From Nageia nagi (Eukaryota; Plantae; Pinophyta): DNA of 64,000 bases. The notes beneath the pieces were generated by a model. That model was not told the origin of the DNA, ran no database searches, and saw nothing but the letters and a program-made list of their open reading frames with translations. Below are positions 1 through 14,894 of the stretch, one piece after another. Both the position numbers and the translations under genes were made by a program. The stretch spans positions 154,690,001-154,754,000 of the forward strand of contig JBITNC010000001.1 in the NCBI GenBank assembly GCA_050084985.1, in the 5' to 3' direction. Each line of letters begins with the position of its first letter. Position 1 is the stretch's first letter.

Positions 1-399
1 ATGTGTATATGATCCAATGAATGCACTACAAATAAGTGCTTCTAGTATGCAAGTGTATAAAATATAGATAGTTTTTTTATGCCTAAAAATATGTATAAAA
101 ATAATTATTTTATTGCTAAAATAATGAAATTGAAATATTATGAATGTGAATAAAAGTTTCAAATAAATGAATATATTAATATATCTTGTTAAATTTCACC
201 TTTGCGTATGATATTTTTATTAATAATAATATCATCTTTCATGAATTTTATGACTATCATAATTTTTTCCTTTCATCTTTAAGGCATATTTTGAGGAATA
301 TATGCATGATGTAGACTTTGGAGAGGTGTATCAGAAGAGGAAATAATCATATACACCAAATTGTAAAGGTATATATGTATTTTACATGAAGGAAAGATT

Positions 400-1730
400 T
401 CTCTTCAATTATAATGCTTTGTGTATTCCTAAAAGGAGAGAGAATTCAATTGATTAGAGAGGATCATACATAAAAACATTCTCAACATTTGGGGTTGATA
501 AAATAATTGTAAATGTGCAAAGATATATATATTGGCAAAAGATGCAAGAGCAAGTTACCAAGTGTATAAGAGGGTATGTAATATATATTGCACTAGTAAA
601 CCTAGAAATAGGAAATTGTGTTTGTATCAACCACTTCCAATTCTTAATCATCCTTGGGAGCATGTTTCAAAGGATTTTGTATGAAGATTAAATATTTCCA
701 AGAAGGAATATGACTATTTATTAATGGACATTATTGATAAATTTAACAAGATGTGTGTGCTAATTCTATGTAAGAAGATTCAAATGGATCCAAAAGTTGT
801 AAAATATTTCTTTTCTCATGTGTGGGTTCTTTTTGGATTACCTAATTCTATTATTTTGGATATATAGCTTATAATATTTAGGTAAAATTTGGAATGTTTA
901 TGAGAGAAGATGGACACTAGGAAAAAAAAAGCACCATTTTTCATCCTCGAATGGATGGCAAACTAAAGTGGTAAAATTGAGAGGTTATCATAGAAAGCAT
1001 CCAAAGTCTTGGGATGAGCATCTTGTATTTAATCAGTATTTTACAATAGGAAAATTCACACCTCTATAAATAAAACTCAATTTGAAACCTGTTATGGATA
1101 TTTACTCCATATCTATTTGATTGTATTTTTGGATAAAAATAGGATAATGGTGTTTGAGTTGTGAATGAAGAGAAGTAAGATAAATAATTCATTAATAAAA
1201 TAAGGTAAATTCATTTGAAATTCCAATAAAAACTCTAAGTAACCTACTCCAAATACAAATTAAGGTATGAAAAGTATAGGTTTAACCAAAAGTTCCATGT
1301 GGGAGATCCATTTTGGTTCCATCTCAATAAGGATAGGTTACAAGGATAGTTATCTAAAAACATTAAACCAATTAAGTATGGACCATTTTGTATTATGGAA
1401 CAAGTAAGTGATAATGCATTCAAATTGGATCTACCTACTTATATGAATATGTATTTAGTTGTTAATGTGAAGACCTTAAAGTTATTTGAACCATCCATGC
1501 TAACTATAGAAGAATAAGAAATAGATCAATTTTTTCCATCAATTGATGACTTATCTCCAAATATAATTTATAATCTTATGGAAGATTCAATTTTGCAAAA
1601 AAAGGTTTGTACTACTAGAAGGGGTGAGAAAGAAAAAGGGTTGGTTGGGTTGAAGGGCCAAATGTGTACTAAAGATAAATGGTATGAAAAAGTTAAGGTT
1701 GGGGGATTATTTCCTTATATTATTCATACG
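400..1730 (+). pseudogene. Degenerate Ty3/gypsy integrase (Zn-binding region, core, GPY/F and C-terminal tail)
   Basis: Manual translation across stops and frameshifts gives LCIPK..ERIQLIREDH..HFGVDK..QRYIYW..LYQPLPILNHPWEHVSKDFV, DKFNKMCVLILCKK, FHPRMDG and PIKYGPFCIMEQVSDNAFKLDLPTYM. Confidence 0.88.
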
Positions 1731-1762
1731 TAAGCATTTATGGGATAAAATTCCTTCCCCAT

Positions 1763-2450
1763 GAGGGAGGCATTATCTGAAATAGGTCAATTCAAAAGTT
1801 TTATCATCCATGAATAAAGGTTTGGGTACGAAGAATCATCTCTATATTTAAAATCAAATATACTCTAGTAGAATGATGTATTGTATCAATAGAAATTAAA
1901 ATATAGATACTATAGAAGCCTAATGATAGGGCACTGATACTATTCTTAAAATGCTAATGCCATTCCTTCAAATGACTAGTGTGGGAAAATTAAACATTCA
2001 AGTTTGTTTCAATTTCCATATCTATTTGTAGAGTAATTTTGATGGTTTGGGAGGTTGATCAGTTACTTATGGTTGCATATCTCTTATTACAATCCATTTT
2101 CTAGGGTTGTTAAAGTTTTGATATAGTTACTACTTTTATTAACAAATTGATGAATCCATTGAATCTAGTCTAAATGTTGTAAGATTATAGAAGTAGAAAG
2201 GAGGAATAAATCTTTGATAATAATATTCTCCATATTCTTACCTTAATATAATGTTCATTGGCCAATAAAATATTCGAAGCACCCATTAAACTAGATGTAG
2301 TCTTCCACTAATAGGAACCTATATAAATTCTTATTATCTTATAGATTTTGTGTGTGTATGCATTTGAAGTACTATATTTTCTTTCTAATTTTCAATATTG
2401 TGAATTATTATATATGCAAGATTAAATGAGATGATAAAATTATTAAAATT
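1763..2450 (+). mobile_element. PPT (GAGGGAGGCA) followed by the probable 3' LTR of the gypsy element; right boundary approximate
   Basis: Purine tract directly after the integrase tail. The same AGGGAGGCA-TGAT junction occurs in a related copy on the minus strand at about 24987-24996. Confidence 0.5.
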
Positions 2451-5400
2451 TGTATTAGAGGATCCACATAAGCCATAGGCTTTTGATGATTACAAATCAT
2501 AAGCTAAAAGGGAAAAACACATCACACATGACATATTTCCCCCTTCAAGCTAAAAAGATTCATTACAAATACATTGGAAAATTATTTTATTATATAAAAA
2601 CCACCTTTTCCCTTTTACCTTTTACTTCTTCATTTTATTAGAATGATGAATTAGAATCATAAGGCTATCACAAAATTGATCATACCTTATTTCATGTGCA
2701 TGATAGATTCAAAGTATTTGGTGATCCATTAGAATATGATTAGGGTTACAACATTTTTAGTAATATATACTTCTTTCATATTTATTTATTATATATATTT
2801 CAATTTGATGGAGTATAATTATTTTTTTATATATTTTATATCTCTATTATATTTCTATCATAAACTTTATACTATTTATACCTTTTTTTGTTGCATGTGT
2901 TAGTAAAGTCATTGTTACCTTAGGTATACTCTTTTTTCCTAAAAATACCTTATGATATAATTATTAAAGTATTTTAATAAGGTTTTTGAAACCTCACCTT
3001 TTATACATTTAGGTCTCTTGTGATATGTATCTTTGTTCATTATAGATCACAGTACATATAGATGAGACTACCCTCATTTAATATAACAAATGCCTTTTTA
3101 GAATCATGTTACATGATAAATTCTTATATATATAAAATGATGATACTATGTTCTTAGGTATTATTGAGACTCTACACATGATAGTGTTGATAATATATTA
3201 TTTCCAAAATAATTGATTTGTATATTATTTATCACAAATAGCTAAGCCTATAAGAAAGTTTTCATTATCTATATTAAGTTTAGCTCTATTATCAAGCATG
3301 ATATTATTACTTAATCATTCATTCAATATGATTCTATGAAAATTTGTAGCGTGTCTATATATAAAAAACTTTCAATTGCAATCAAATACAATGTCTATAT
3401 ATGATGAGTGATTTGTTGATTATTTATATATTATTTCAACAATTGATTTATATTCTTCAATATGAATATGTGATTGACTTGATGCTTAGGAAAAGGATTA
3501 TTAAATTTTTAAAAGTTTTAGTTTAGAGGTATTAAATATGTATTTTATTTTTATCATCAAATATGATGATTCTTTTCTCTTTTCTCATGATATCCATAAT
3601 ACTATTTTTTTAAGCATAACAATAATTCAATAGTAATTTCTTTGGGTCCATGGAACTCACAAAATTTAGTATCACTATACAATGTGGGTTTTACATAGAA
3701 AAGTTAATCCATTATATCTTTGATTTTATCATCAAACTTTATAAAATTATTTACTTTCTTCTAATTCTAGTCAAATTTATATATTGATGTATGTTAATAA
3801 CAATATTTATTATGTTAAATTGGTCTCACATCAAAAAAGCTTCTTATTTTCTATTCCTTTAAAAACACTTGCAACATATTATAAGTATTTTTATTGCATT
3901 TATAACCTAAATCATCTAATTATAATATTATATTTTCTTAATGTAAAGCTTCATTACATTTCACCACAAGAATTACTTTTAAGAGAAGACATAAATTTCG
4001 TTTACCATGGAAGGAAACATGCATAACAAGTTTTATGAATCTTTAAATTGATATAATAAAGGATTTGATTTTTTAGCATATAAGTGAGCAAGAGTTACTT
4101 TTTTGGTAATATTGATTTTGAAATAGTCTAGAACAAGGTCTAAAATAAAGGGAATTTGTTATTTGTATAACCATTCAAGTGTATCACTAGAAAGACATCT
4201 TGGGAATCAAAACTATCATAATATAAAAAATAAATTCATAATTCCTTAAGTTATTGAATATGAAATGTAAGATATTGATTAAATATGAAGATATAATTAT
4301 TTTATATTTCAAGGAAAAATGAAATAGGGCAGCTAGAAATGACATGGTGTAACCTGGAGAAGTCATAAAAGTTAAAAATAAATGTGTCGATGTTCATTTA
4401 TAAAATATACTTAAGGTTCAATTTAAGTTTATTAATTTCTTATTTATGTTAAATCTCCATCTATTAAAGTAATACCATTTCAAAGAGTTCAAGATTTTGA
4501 GATCTAGGTATAGCAAAACTTCTAACAAAATTAGTAGAAATGAAATGTTGAAAGAGATATAGGATGAGGTCATGCAATAAATTGTATGAAAAAAATATAA
4601 TTGAAGAGAGTAGAATTTTGAATAATAGGTATTGTAGGAATCTTGTATCATTTTTATAAAATATTATAATATTTCTTGAAAAAGTTAAAAGATAACAAAT
4701 ATAGAGATATGGATTGGAGGTAGTTAAATGAGCTATTACTAGACTAAGGTATACTAAAACTAGGCATAAGTCTACTCGAGGGTTGATGATATTATGGGGA
4801 ATAAGGATTATAATTAATTATTTGGCTATCTCAACATGGTATTTTAAGAGGTTAAGTAGAAATATAAGGTTTATAAAGATGTTGAAGTCTTATAATTAAG
4901 ATAATCTTGTTCCTTCATTATCAATAAAGAGAGACAATGTTATTAAGTAACATGATATCTTAAAAAATATAAGATATTGTAAGAGGTAATTCTTAATATC
5001 CTTATTAACATTATAATTATAGACAACTTAAAATTAGGTTTTGGATCAAAATATGATCACTAATTAAAAATTATATGTAATTTGTAGATTCTAGATTATT
5101 ATCTTCTTCAATAATCTAAAGCTTAGGGTTCACATACTCATCCTAACCATGGTTTAACTTGTGTTCATTTAGAAAAATCATTTTAATTTTTTAACCTAAC
5201 ACTTTTTCTAAGAGGCATAAGAGCTCTTTGTTTTTTGGGTATAAAAATTACTTAAGTTTTATAAAAAAAGGGTTTACAAATTTAAGCAAAATATAAAATT
5301 TATTGTTTCAAATTTATTATGATAAAGTCTAGTTTATCAAAATTATATTTAATTAAAAATTACTAAGTAATAACACTAAGCTTATTAATGCTATATATTA

Positions 5401-6164
5401 TGATAACCAAAAGGATAAAATGCTAGATAATTGATTGGTAGTATAATAGAAATATAAAATATAGTAAGGTACATGTTACTATCATATAGAATGTGTACTT
5501 ATGGAACATGGTAGATATATTTTGTGAGTAACATTATAATGATATTTGATATTAATTTTCAAACCTTTCAGACCTAAATAGATATTTTTTCAAGCTTTAT
5601 TATATCTTTATCATAAACATCTTACAAAATTATGACTTGAATTTTAATATTAATCTTTGTAGAAGGAGGGTTTTCTTTCATGAATAATATTTTTTTTATA
5701 GTAGTCAAATCTCACATTAAAAATGCTTTAAATGATGGACAATATTATGTGATTTTGAATTGCAAACAATAAGAGAAATCATATATTTAAGAGCAAAAAT
5801 TTTATAAAAAAAATTGAATACTTAAAATTTAATCTTTTAAATGAAATAGCAATAATTTTTAAAATATGATCTAGTTTTCTTTGATATATGTGGTAAACAA
5901 TATAATTTGAGTAAAAAATAAATGCTAAAACAATTCAATGAAATGAGAAGATCAATTAAAATCTTCTAAAAATTTAAACTTAAATCGACAAATAACATTA
6001 TAATATTCCTAAACTCAATAAGAAATATAATAGCATTCCTAGAAACACATGATTTAATGTGCAAGGCTGTGCATTTATACCATAAGATGCTAAGATGCTT
6101 TAGGTTTAAAACAAAAATTTTAAGATGCTTCTGGCTTAATCGGCTCTTCATTTCACCAAAAGGA

Positions 6165-6480
6165 ATGCATGCAAAAAGAGAGGAATCCACTTCCCCAGAT
6201 TCTAACATCAATAGTTTTTCATATTCAAATCTTTTTGACTTGGGTTCCATCAAGAGTTTTAATCTGCTGGAGATAGACGATGAGGATCAAGACTCTCCCA
6301 CTGCCACGTTTCAACGTCCAAATTTAAATGAAGGTATAGGCCCATCTAATTCTCTGTCTCTTGAAGCCCATAATTCAATGGAGGAAGATGAGGAAGAAAA
6401 GTACGAGATAAAGGATAAGCAATCCTGGGAAATGCTCACCGACCATGCAACTAAGTATGTGCGAAAACGGTGTAGGCAAG
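6165..6480 (+). CDS. INO80: Probable host exon encoding an INO80-like N-terminal segment (105 codons)
   Basis: Open frame MHAKREES..FSYSNLFDLGSIKSFNLLEIDDED..MEEDEEEKYEIKDKQSWEMLTDHATKYVRKRCRQ. It resembles the plant INO80 N-terminus as I recall it (YxNLFxL..F....DD, acidic run, then ML.EH..KY.RR). About 8 CpGs in 340 bp against a CpG-poor background. Upstream pyrimidine tract plus AG at 6161-6162; candidate GC donor AAG|GCAAG at 6481. Confidence 0.6.
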
Positions 6481-9400
6481 GCAAGATTGTAGAATTTAAA
6501 ATAAAGATTGTAGAATTTAAAATTAGTATATTTAGACATTTTGAAAACATCACAATGTTCTACATGATTATTTGAGTGCTATCATGGAGTTTTTGCATTA
6601 GTAAGAAAAATGGTATGATGGTTTTTGAAAATATTAGAATTATTCTTATAGATTATTATGATTAGGATAGTTCTTTGTAAGGTTATTATGGCTGGGTGTG
6701 ATTTATATGATCTACTAACCATAAGAAAATCTAATGTAGTAAATACTTAGTGGAAGTCAAAGCCTTATATTTGATTTTGTGACAAGCTAAGAAGAGTGAT
6801 AATATGATAAGATAGCAAGAATGAAGAATAAAGTTTCTTCAATTTGATGATATCTTCATCACTTTCCATATGCTTTGTGTTCAAATGTGATGATTTTAGT
6901 AGTCTAATAATGCAAAAGAAATATAAATTACATATCTTCCCTTTAAGAATATAAATAATTATTGTTGCAATGAATCCAAATACCAAAACACCTAAAGTTG
7001 ATGTTGGTAGAAATTAAAATCTTTACATTTGAAATTTATAATATTAAATAAAAGAATATTATTTAATATAAACAATATGATGATTACAATTTACTCTTTT
7101 ATATATATATAAGAGCAAGTGATACTAATAAGGAAAGGATGTTGTCATAGGGAGGTTCAAAGAAGGATGAGAAACCTTCGAAGGACAAGGACCCTTAGTA
7201 TATTTTTGGAAATAATGCACTACTCCTTCTAAGAAGTTTTCTACTCCAAAGGAATTAGCCCAAAGAGTAATAGATATGTCCTTAGAAGTTGAAGTCGATG
7301 TAGTACTAGAAAGAGGAGCCAAAGATCCAAGACCCAAAAACAAGACATCACAAAGGCTTATAAACAAGACAAAGGTATTGATGATAATCAAAGTGAAAAA
7401 AATATAATCTCATAGACTTAGAGGAGGAGATGCAAGATGAGAATGATGTTTTAGGGTCTTCCCATTTAAAGGAGATATATCAAGAAGCACCTCTTCTGGT
7501 TGAGGATTAATGGAAACATTTGAATCATTAAAACTAAAAATTAAATTTTAATATTAAGCTAAATCTATTAGTTATTTCACTAATTATAATATATAAAATA
7601 AAATTTTGAACAATTTTATTTCACAAAATAATTCATGGTTCTTATCTATTCCACTTTGATCTATAATAATTTGCACTTTTCTTTGTAATATTTCAGACTA
7701 TAACAACTTGGTAATTGGCATAAATTATAATTTGGACCTTGATAGAGAACTCATATATTATATGCATTATGTTCTACAAAATTGGATTTGAAGTCTCATT
7801 TACACCCTCATTACTCACTACATTACTTATTTCATAATATTGTAGTTAAGGTCTAACATCTTAGTAGGAATCCTTAATGATGAACTCAATTTTGAAGGAG
7901 CTATTCAGGGATCAACATGCATTAACACACAAAATTTGGTAGACACATTACATCTTTGAGGAATTGAAGTTCAATCTTTGAAATTGATTCATCTTGATCG
8001 TATTGGGTATAAATATAGGTTGTGATCTACTTAGAATAGGTAAATGAGAAGTTTGTAGTGTATTAATATTTAGGTTTGATTAGGTCTTAACCATATAAGA
8101 AACTAGATATTTGAAATTATAATTGTTGGATTCAACCATTTATTTATTTATTTATTATAAATAATATTATTAATTAAGTTAAATTAATTTTTAGTATTAA
8201 CAAATTAGAGAGCCCAACCTGTTTTATATCGCATTGATCTTCCCATTAGTTGTGGAAAAAGTCCAAGCAATTTTGGATAGGAATAATATTCAAATTTAAG
8301 CATATTATAAATGGAAAATATTGATATATAAACTCTCATTGATTACCTTAGTGTAGAAAATATTAAATAAATCCTAAAGAAGGATGATGAAAATTATCAA
8401 GGAGAGAATTTGTAATGGAAGTGGGCAATCTTATTTTTCCTTAGATGATTTGGCAAAGAAAATTAATGAGATCAAATAGATATCATAAAATCTCTAAAGA
8501 TGTAAAACATTTCATTCCTATAATTAGCAAGATCTATAATACTATCCCATTAGACAATCAAGTAGAGATAATAATTGATATTTTTAATGAAAATGAAGAT
8601 GCAACGTAACATATTCAATTCTTTGAGATGATTTTTAAGCTAAAATTTGGTATTAATAATAATCCAATGGATCAATTTTTATAACTACATTAATAGGTGA
8701 TGCATTGAAGTTGTACTTTAATCATCCATAAATATTTATCACTTCATATAAGAAGTTTATGATTATATTTCAAAAGTAATTTAAAGTACAATGTTGCTAG
8801 ATCAACAATAATTTTGGATCTCATGAGTACAAAGAAATGTTCTAATAAAAGGTTAGTAAATTTCCTCATAAGATTTTAAAATATTTAGTGTAGATAAAAA
8901 AGGATATTATCTTAATGTTCATGGATAACATCATCCTTACCTTGAAGCAACAAGTAATGGAATTCATGGATTTACCTGTTGTAGATATGTACAAATTACT
9001 TTATAAGAAGAATGTCATCTTAGAGATCAAAATATTGAAATGTGAATTTACTTCCAAGGATATAAGAAAATACTATCATATGAAGGAAGAGAATCAAGAT
9101 AATGTAATTTAATAACCAAAGGATCAACCTAAAGAAGCATCTAAGAGAGAATTTTTTACATTGCCCATTGCTTCATGTAAAATGTTCAAGGGATGTTCAA
9201 AAAGGGGCCTAATGCATACTCATTTGTAGAAATAATTGGGAGAGAATCGAAATAAAACTTCATGGTATATTGCATATGCATTTTGCATTTATCAAAGTGT
9301 TCATAGTCATATAACTAATATTTGTACCTATTTAAGGAAAATGTTACATAAATTACTCAATGATGGAAAGGTAGTCTATCTTGTAAAAGAGAAAAATAAA

Positions 9401-12400
9401 TCAGATCCAATTGAGGGATTAGTGAATGGGATTTTTAGTGAAGTTTTTTACATCAATATATGATATGTAATACTAAAAGCATCTATATACCCTACAACTA
9501 GGACCTTTGTGTTTATAATATAAAGAGATCATCTTCAAGCCACTACAAAAAAGATAATTCTTTTTTAGTTATTAAATATTTTTCTGGCTCATAAAGATAT
9601 TTTTTTGATGCATTAAAAGGAACTTACATGGATAGAACCTTTTAAATTACTATATTCTCTAAGACAAAAAATTTATGGGATTAAGTGAATTATGATTAGC
9701 TTTGATGATGAGGAGAGTCTTAGTAAGGATATTGTGGAAAATCATTTAGCTTACACATCAAAGTTAATATTTTTGATAGACTAAATGAGAGACCTCTAGT
9801 TATTATGAGATCCAAAGTGCATGAATGCTTCATTGATTTTTTGTAAAATTTTCCACATAAACTTTATAAGATTCAAAGTCTACCATTATGATAAAGGGAT
9901 TGATAATATGGAAAAAAATATGTTGGAACAATATACATTCCCATTTTAGTAGTGACTAATATTGTGATAATGAAGTGTTAGGTGTTTCATGGAGATATCC
10001 CTTACAATTTATTATTGGGATACCATGGATTCATGTAATGAAGGCTATTCTATTAACCCTTTATAAATCTTTAAATTTAAAGCATACAAGAAATATTTGA
10101 GCATGAAGTCACCATACTCCAAAGATGGTGAACAAGGCACAAAGGCTCTATTACCAATTAAAGATTTGATATTCCCAAATACCAAACATTAATGCAAAGA
10201 GAATTTGGACCTAAGATAACCTTTTTGAATGCAAAATAGTGTAGAATTGAAAATATTAGAGTTTTGGGAATTTCTAGTTAGTTGTAACTTATCAAAACTT
10301 TGAGAAAGTTAAAACTTAGTGTAATGTGAAAATGCTGAGATTCTAACTATGTTTAGTTGGCTAGAATTTTTTGAACCTCCAAGAAATTAAAACATCCAAT
10401 ATCGATTGTACTTTACATGTTGAACTCCATTGAAATTTTAAGAAAGTTAAAATTTTTAAAAAATTTTGAGGTCGACTTTAGAGGGTTGTAACTTGGCCTG
10501 ATTTGAAGGTTCACCAACCACTAATTGATGAACTCAAGTAACAACTCTAAACAAGAGGTTCACTAACCACTAGTTAATGAAATCATCTAGTATAATGCCT
10601 AGATGGATTCAATATAAGAGCTTTATATCTCTTGGAGTGTCATTTTACCAAATCTAAACCATTCTAGGAAATGAACATGTATATTTCCATAGTCCAAAGG
10701 AGCTAAGTTAGCAAGGCAAGTATTAGAGTGCATATTTAAGCTAAAAACATAAATTTTAGACTTTTAAAGTCAAATTTTACATATATTTCCATAATTTAGA
10801 GGTTGATGAAACCAACAAGGTAGATATGGAATGCAAAATTGAGCAAAAAATATGAAATATGGAGTCCAAAGGGTGATGACATTAGCAGGTAGATCCTGAG
10901 AGGTAACTTCATGAGATCGTAAATTTTGAGATTCTTAATAAAACATAATATTATCACCAATTAAAATGATAAACATGAAATTTTCTATCCAATGTTTAAT
11001 GTATAAAAGAATTTGGAGAAATCTAAACAGATTAAAACTTGTATACAAGAAAGAGACTCAATGGGGTTCAAGAGTAAGACTACAAAATAATGCAGGTCTG
11101 AAGATGTGGTTTTTGAGTGTGTTTTGACAACAAATTATAGATAGATAGGTGTTGAAATTAGGAGTCTAAAATAAAAGGAATCACATGCAAAGGAGGTCTA
11201 GAATGAAAGATATAGTCTCTAAAAGAAAATTGGTCCCATATAAAGGTAGTTTGGGATAACTATGAATGACTTCAAATCCAATGCTAAAATTGAAAAACTA
11301 ATAGATACTAACATGGTTAAAATGATCCCAAATAGCTAACAATCATTTCTATAAAGAGACTCACTCAATCCTATAAAGATCTTAAAGTATTTTATTATAC
11401 ATACTATCCTTGAAAGAGAAAACACACTACGCAGCCATAAAGAAAGGAAAACTCCATGAATATACACCATGAAATGGATAAAGTATTCTTTGTATTGACT
11501 CAAATACATGATAAAAATATTATATTCATGGATTTTAATTAATATACTCTTTCACATACATAATATGATGGTTCAACATAATAGAGACACCCATCACCAC
11601 CTAGCATAATACAAAGTGCAATGGTCTTCATATAACTAATTGGTACCATATATATGTATATGGACAAGGTAGATAATCATATACTACTTAAGGAATAAGG
11701 TAAAAATCATGGACTACTTAAGGTAAGGTTGTAAGCCATACATAGTGGTACCATCAACACACACAGGTCTACTTATGGACAAAGCATACAATTAGACTTC
11801 TATAAATATCAACTAAATACACATTCCTGTCTATAATGCAATATGTGGAGGAGTCTAAGACATTAGTGAGTTAAAATAGAATCATCATGAATCTATAATA
11901 ATTAAGCCTTAAATGAATGAATATAAATAATCCATTTATAGAATATAAACTCTATGAGCTAGGTGGAGGCATGTTAGAGAAGCTTGTCGGGGAGTTGTTG
12001 GACTAGTAATGGCACTTATTAAGTTCTCCAAGAGGTGGAGAATTAGTGAAGTAGTGAAGGTGTTGTAGAGAGTACTACATATAGTGGAGTGCTGTATTGG
12101 ATAAGGGATGGAACACCATGCTTATCCATACAATAAGTATATCAAATCATATATGATCAAATGCCATCGAAGGGAGAATTCAAAGAATACATAAGTGTCT
12201 TCACCAAAAAAATATTGCAAGTTGCAATTTGAAGGGAGATACTAGCCATATTTTTGTTGAAATTCTATTCTCTAAGGTTGGGGAATAAAATTTCTCAACT
12301 TAAGGATAAAATATTACAACATTACAATACAATGAAATAAATATCCTTCATTATCCCCTTTAATGTAAAATATTTTATACTCCACAATTGAATAAGTATT

Positions 12401-14894
12401 GGTTAAGTTCATTTGAAGGCACCCAACATAAGCCTACTCTCCTCCTCTAATATCAAGTTTTGGTCTAATGTATATCAAGGCATACAACACATCCAATTCT
12501 AGTGCACTTGAAGTACCAATTTTGAAGTCACCATTCTCCAATGATGGTAAATAAGGCATAAAGGCTCAAATGCCAATTAAAGATTTGATATTCCTATTTG
12601 ATATTCCTAGACATCAAACACTGATGAAAAGAGAATTTGGACCTAAGAAAACCTTTTTGAATGCAAAATAATGTAGAACTAAAAATACCAAAGTTTCAAA
12701 AGTTTCTAGTTAGTTGGAACTTATCAAAACTCCTAGAAAGTTAAAACTTAGTACAATGTAGGAATATCAAGATTTTGACACTTTTTGATTGACTAGAATT
12801 TACCAGACCTCTAGAAAAATAAAACTTTCAATATCAATTGTACTTCACATGTTGAACTCCACTAGAATTTAGGGAAAATTAAAATTTCTAAAAAAACTAA
12901 AAATTCTTAAAAAAATAAGAGGCCAACTTTGGAGGGTTGTAACTTGTCCCTATTTGAAGGTTGACAAATCACCAGTTGATGAACTCAAGTAGCAGCTTTG
13001 AAGAAGAGAGGTTCACTAACCACTAATTACTAAAATCATCCAAAATAATGCTTTGATAGGATCAAGATAAGATATTTCAAGCTCTTGGAGTGTCAATTTT
13101 AAGTTTCAAACTAAATCTGTACCATTTTAGGTCATACATGTATATATTTCCAAAGTTTAGAGGAGTTGAGACAATAAGGCAAGTTTTGAAGTACAAATTC
13201 AAGCCAAAAACATAAATTTTAAACTTTTAAAGTTAAATTTTGCATATATTTCCATAGTTTGGAGGATGATAACATTATTAGGGTGGATTTTGAGTTCATA
13301 ATTGATCCAAAAATACATAATTCAATGTTTGGAGGGTGATTATATCAATAGGCACCTCCAAAATGCAGATTTTAACTAGTTTTTACGAGGTAACTTACAT
13401 AGCCTATAAATTTTATGCTTCTTAATGAAACCTAGTACTATCACTAATAAAAATGATTAGCATGAAATTATCTATCCAATGGTAATGTTTCATAATAATT
13501 TAAAGAAATATGAATGGGTAAAAACTTGTCTACAAGAAAGAGACTCCATGAGGTGCAAGACCAAGACTAGGAAACAATGCATGTTCAAAGATGTGGTTTT
13601 TGAGTATGTTTTGACAACAAAGTATGGGTAGAAAGGTGTTGAAACATGAATCCAAAATAAAATGAATCACACAAAAAGGATGTATATAATGAAAGATACG
13701 TCCTCCAAAAGCAAATTGGTCTTGTATAAAGGTAGTTTGGGATAACCACAAATACTCTGAATCTAATGCTCAAATTGAAAAACTAAAAAATACCTATATG
13801 GTTAAAATGATACCAATAGATAACAATCATCATGGAAGAGACTCAAATTAATCCTATAAGGATCCTAAAGTGTTTTCTTATGCATATTTGTATTGAAAAA
13901 CAAAAACACACCACAAACCCATAAAGAAAGGAAAGGTCTATGAATATACACCATGAGATGGATAAAATATTCTATGTATTGGCTCAAATACATAATACAA
14001 ATATCATATTCATGGATTACAATTAATGAACTTTTTCACATGCAAAATATGATGGTTCAGTATAATAGAGATATCCATCATCCTCATTCATAACACAAAA
14101 TGCAATAATCTTCATATAACTAAGTGGTGCCACCAGCACTCATAGATCTACTTATGGATAAGGTAGATAACTATATACTACTTAAGGATTAAGGTAGAAA
14201 CTATGGAATCCTTTAAGGAAAGGTATTAAGTCATATAAAGTGGTACTGCTAGCACACATAGGTATTCTTATAGATAAGGTAGATAATTGAGCTTTTATGA
14301 ATATCAATTGAATACACTTTGCTCTCTATAATGCAATAAGCAGAGGAGGCTAAGGTATAAGTAAGTTACAATAGAAGTAGCATGATGTTTCAATAGATAT
14401 GCCTTCAATGATTAAATACAAATCAACCATTTATAGAAGATTCAAACTTCATGAGCTAGGCAAGGGCATGTTGGAGAAGCTTACCAAGGAGTTGTTGGAG
14501 CAGTAATGGCACTTATTGACTTAAGTATTCTAGATGGTGGAGAAAAGGTGCAGTGAAGGTGCTGAAAAGAGTGTTACAAAAATTGAAGTGTTGCAACATC
14601 TAAGGGATGACACACCATGTTTACATGTAGAAGAATTATATCAAACCAAATTTGATCAAATATTATCAGAGGGAGAAGTCAAAAGAAGACATAAATATCT
14701 TCACCAAACAATGTTGTAAGTTACAATTTAAAGGGGAATACTAGGCATATTTTTTATAAAACTCCATGCTCTAAGGTTGATGAATAAAATTCCTTAACCC
14801 AAGTATAAAACATTGCAAAATTACAATACAAGCAAATGAATTTCCTTCATTCTCCTCCTTAGTGTAAAATATTTTATACTCCATAGTTGAATAA

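Noticed and set aside
2460-5950. Short ORFs and possible TE remnants
   Set aside because: AT-rich with no motif I could assign reliably; left unannotated.
6057-6575. Whole 172-aa ORF as a single-exon gene
   Set aside because: The flanks are AT-rich with short duplications (TAAGATGCT; AAGATTGTAGAATTTAAAAT twice); only the central part looks coding.
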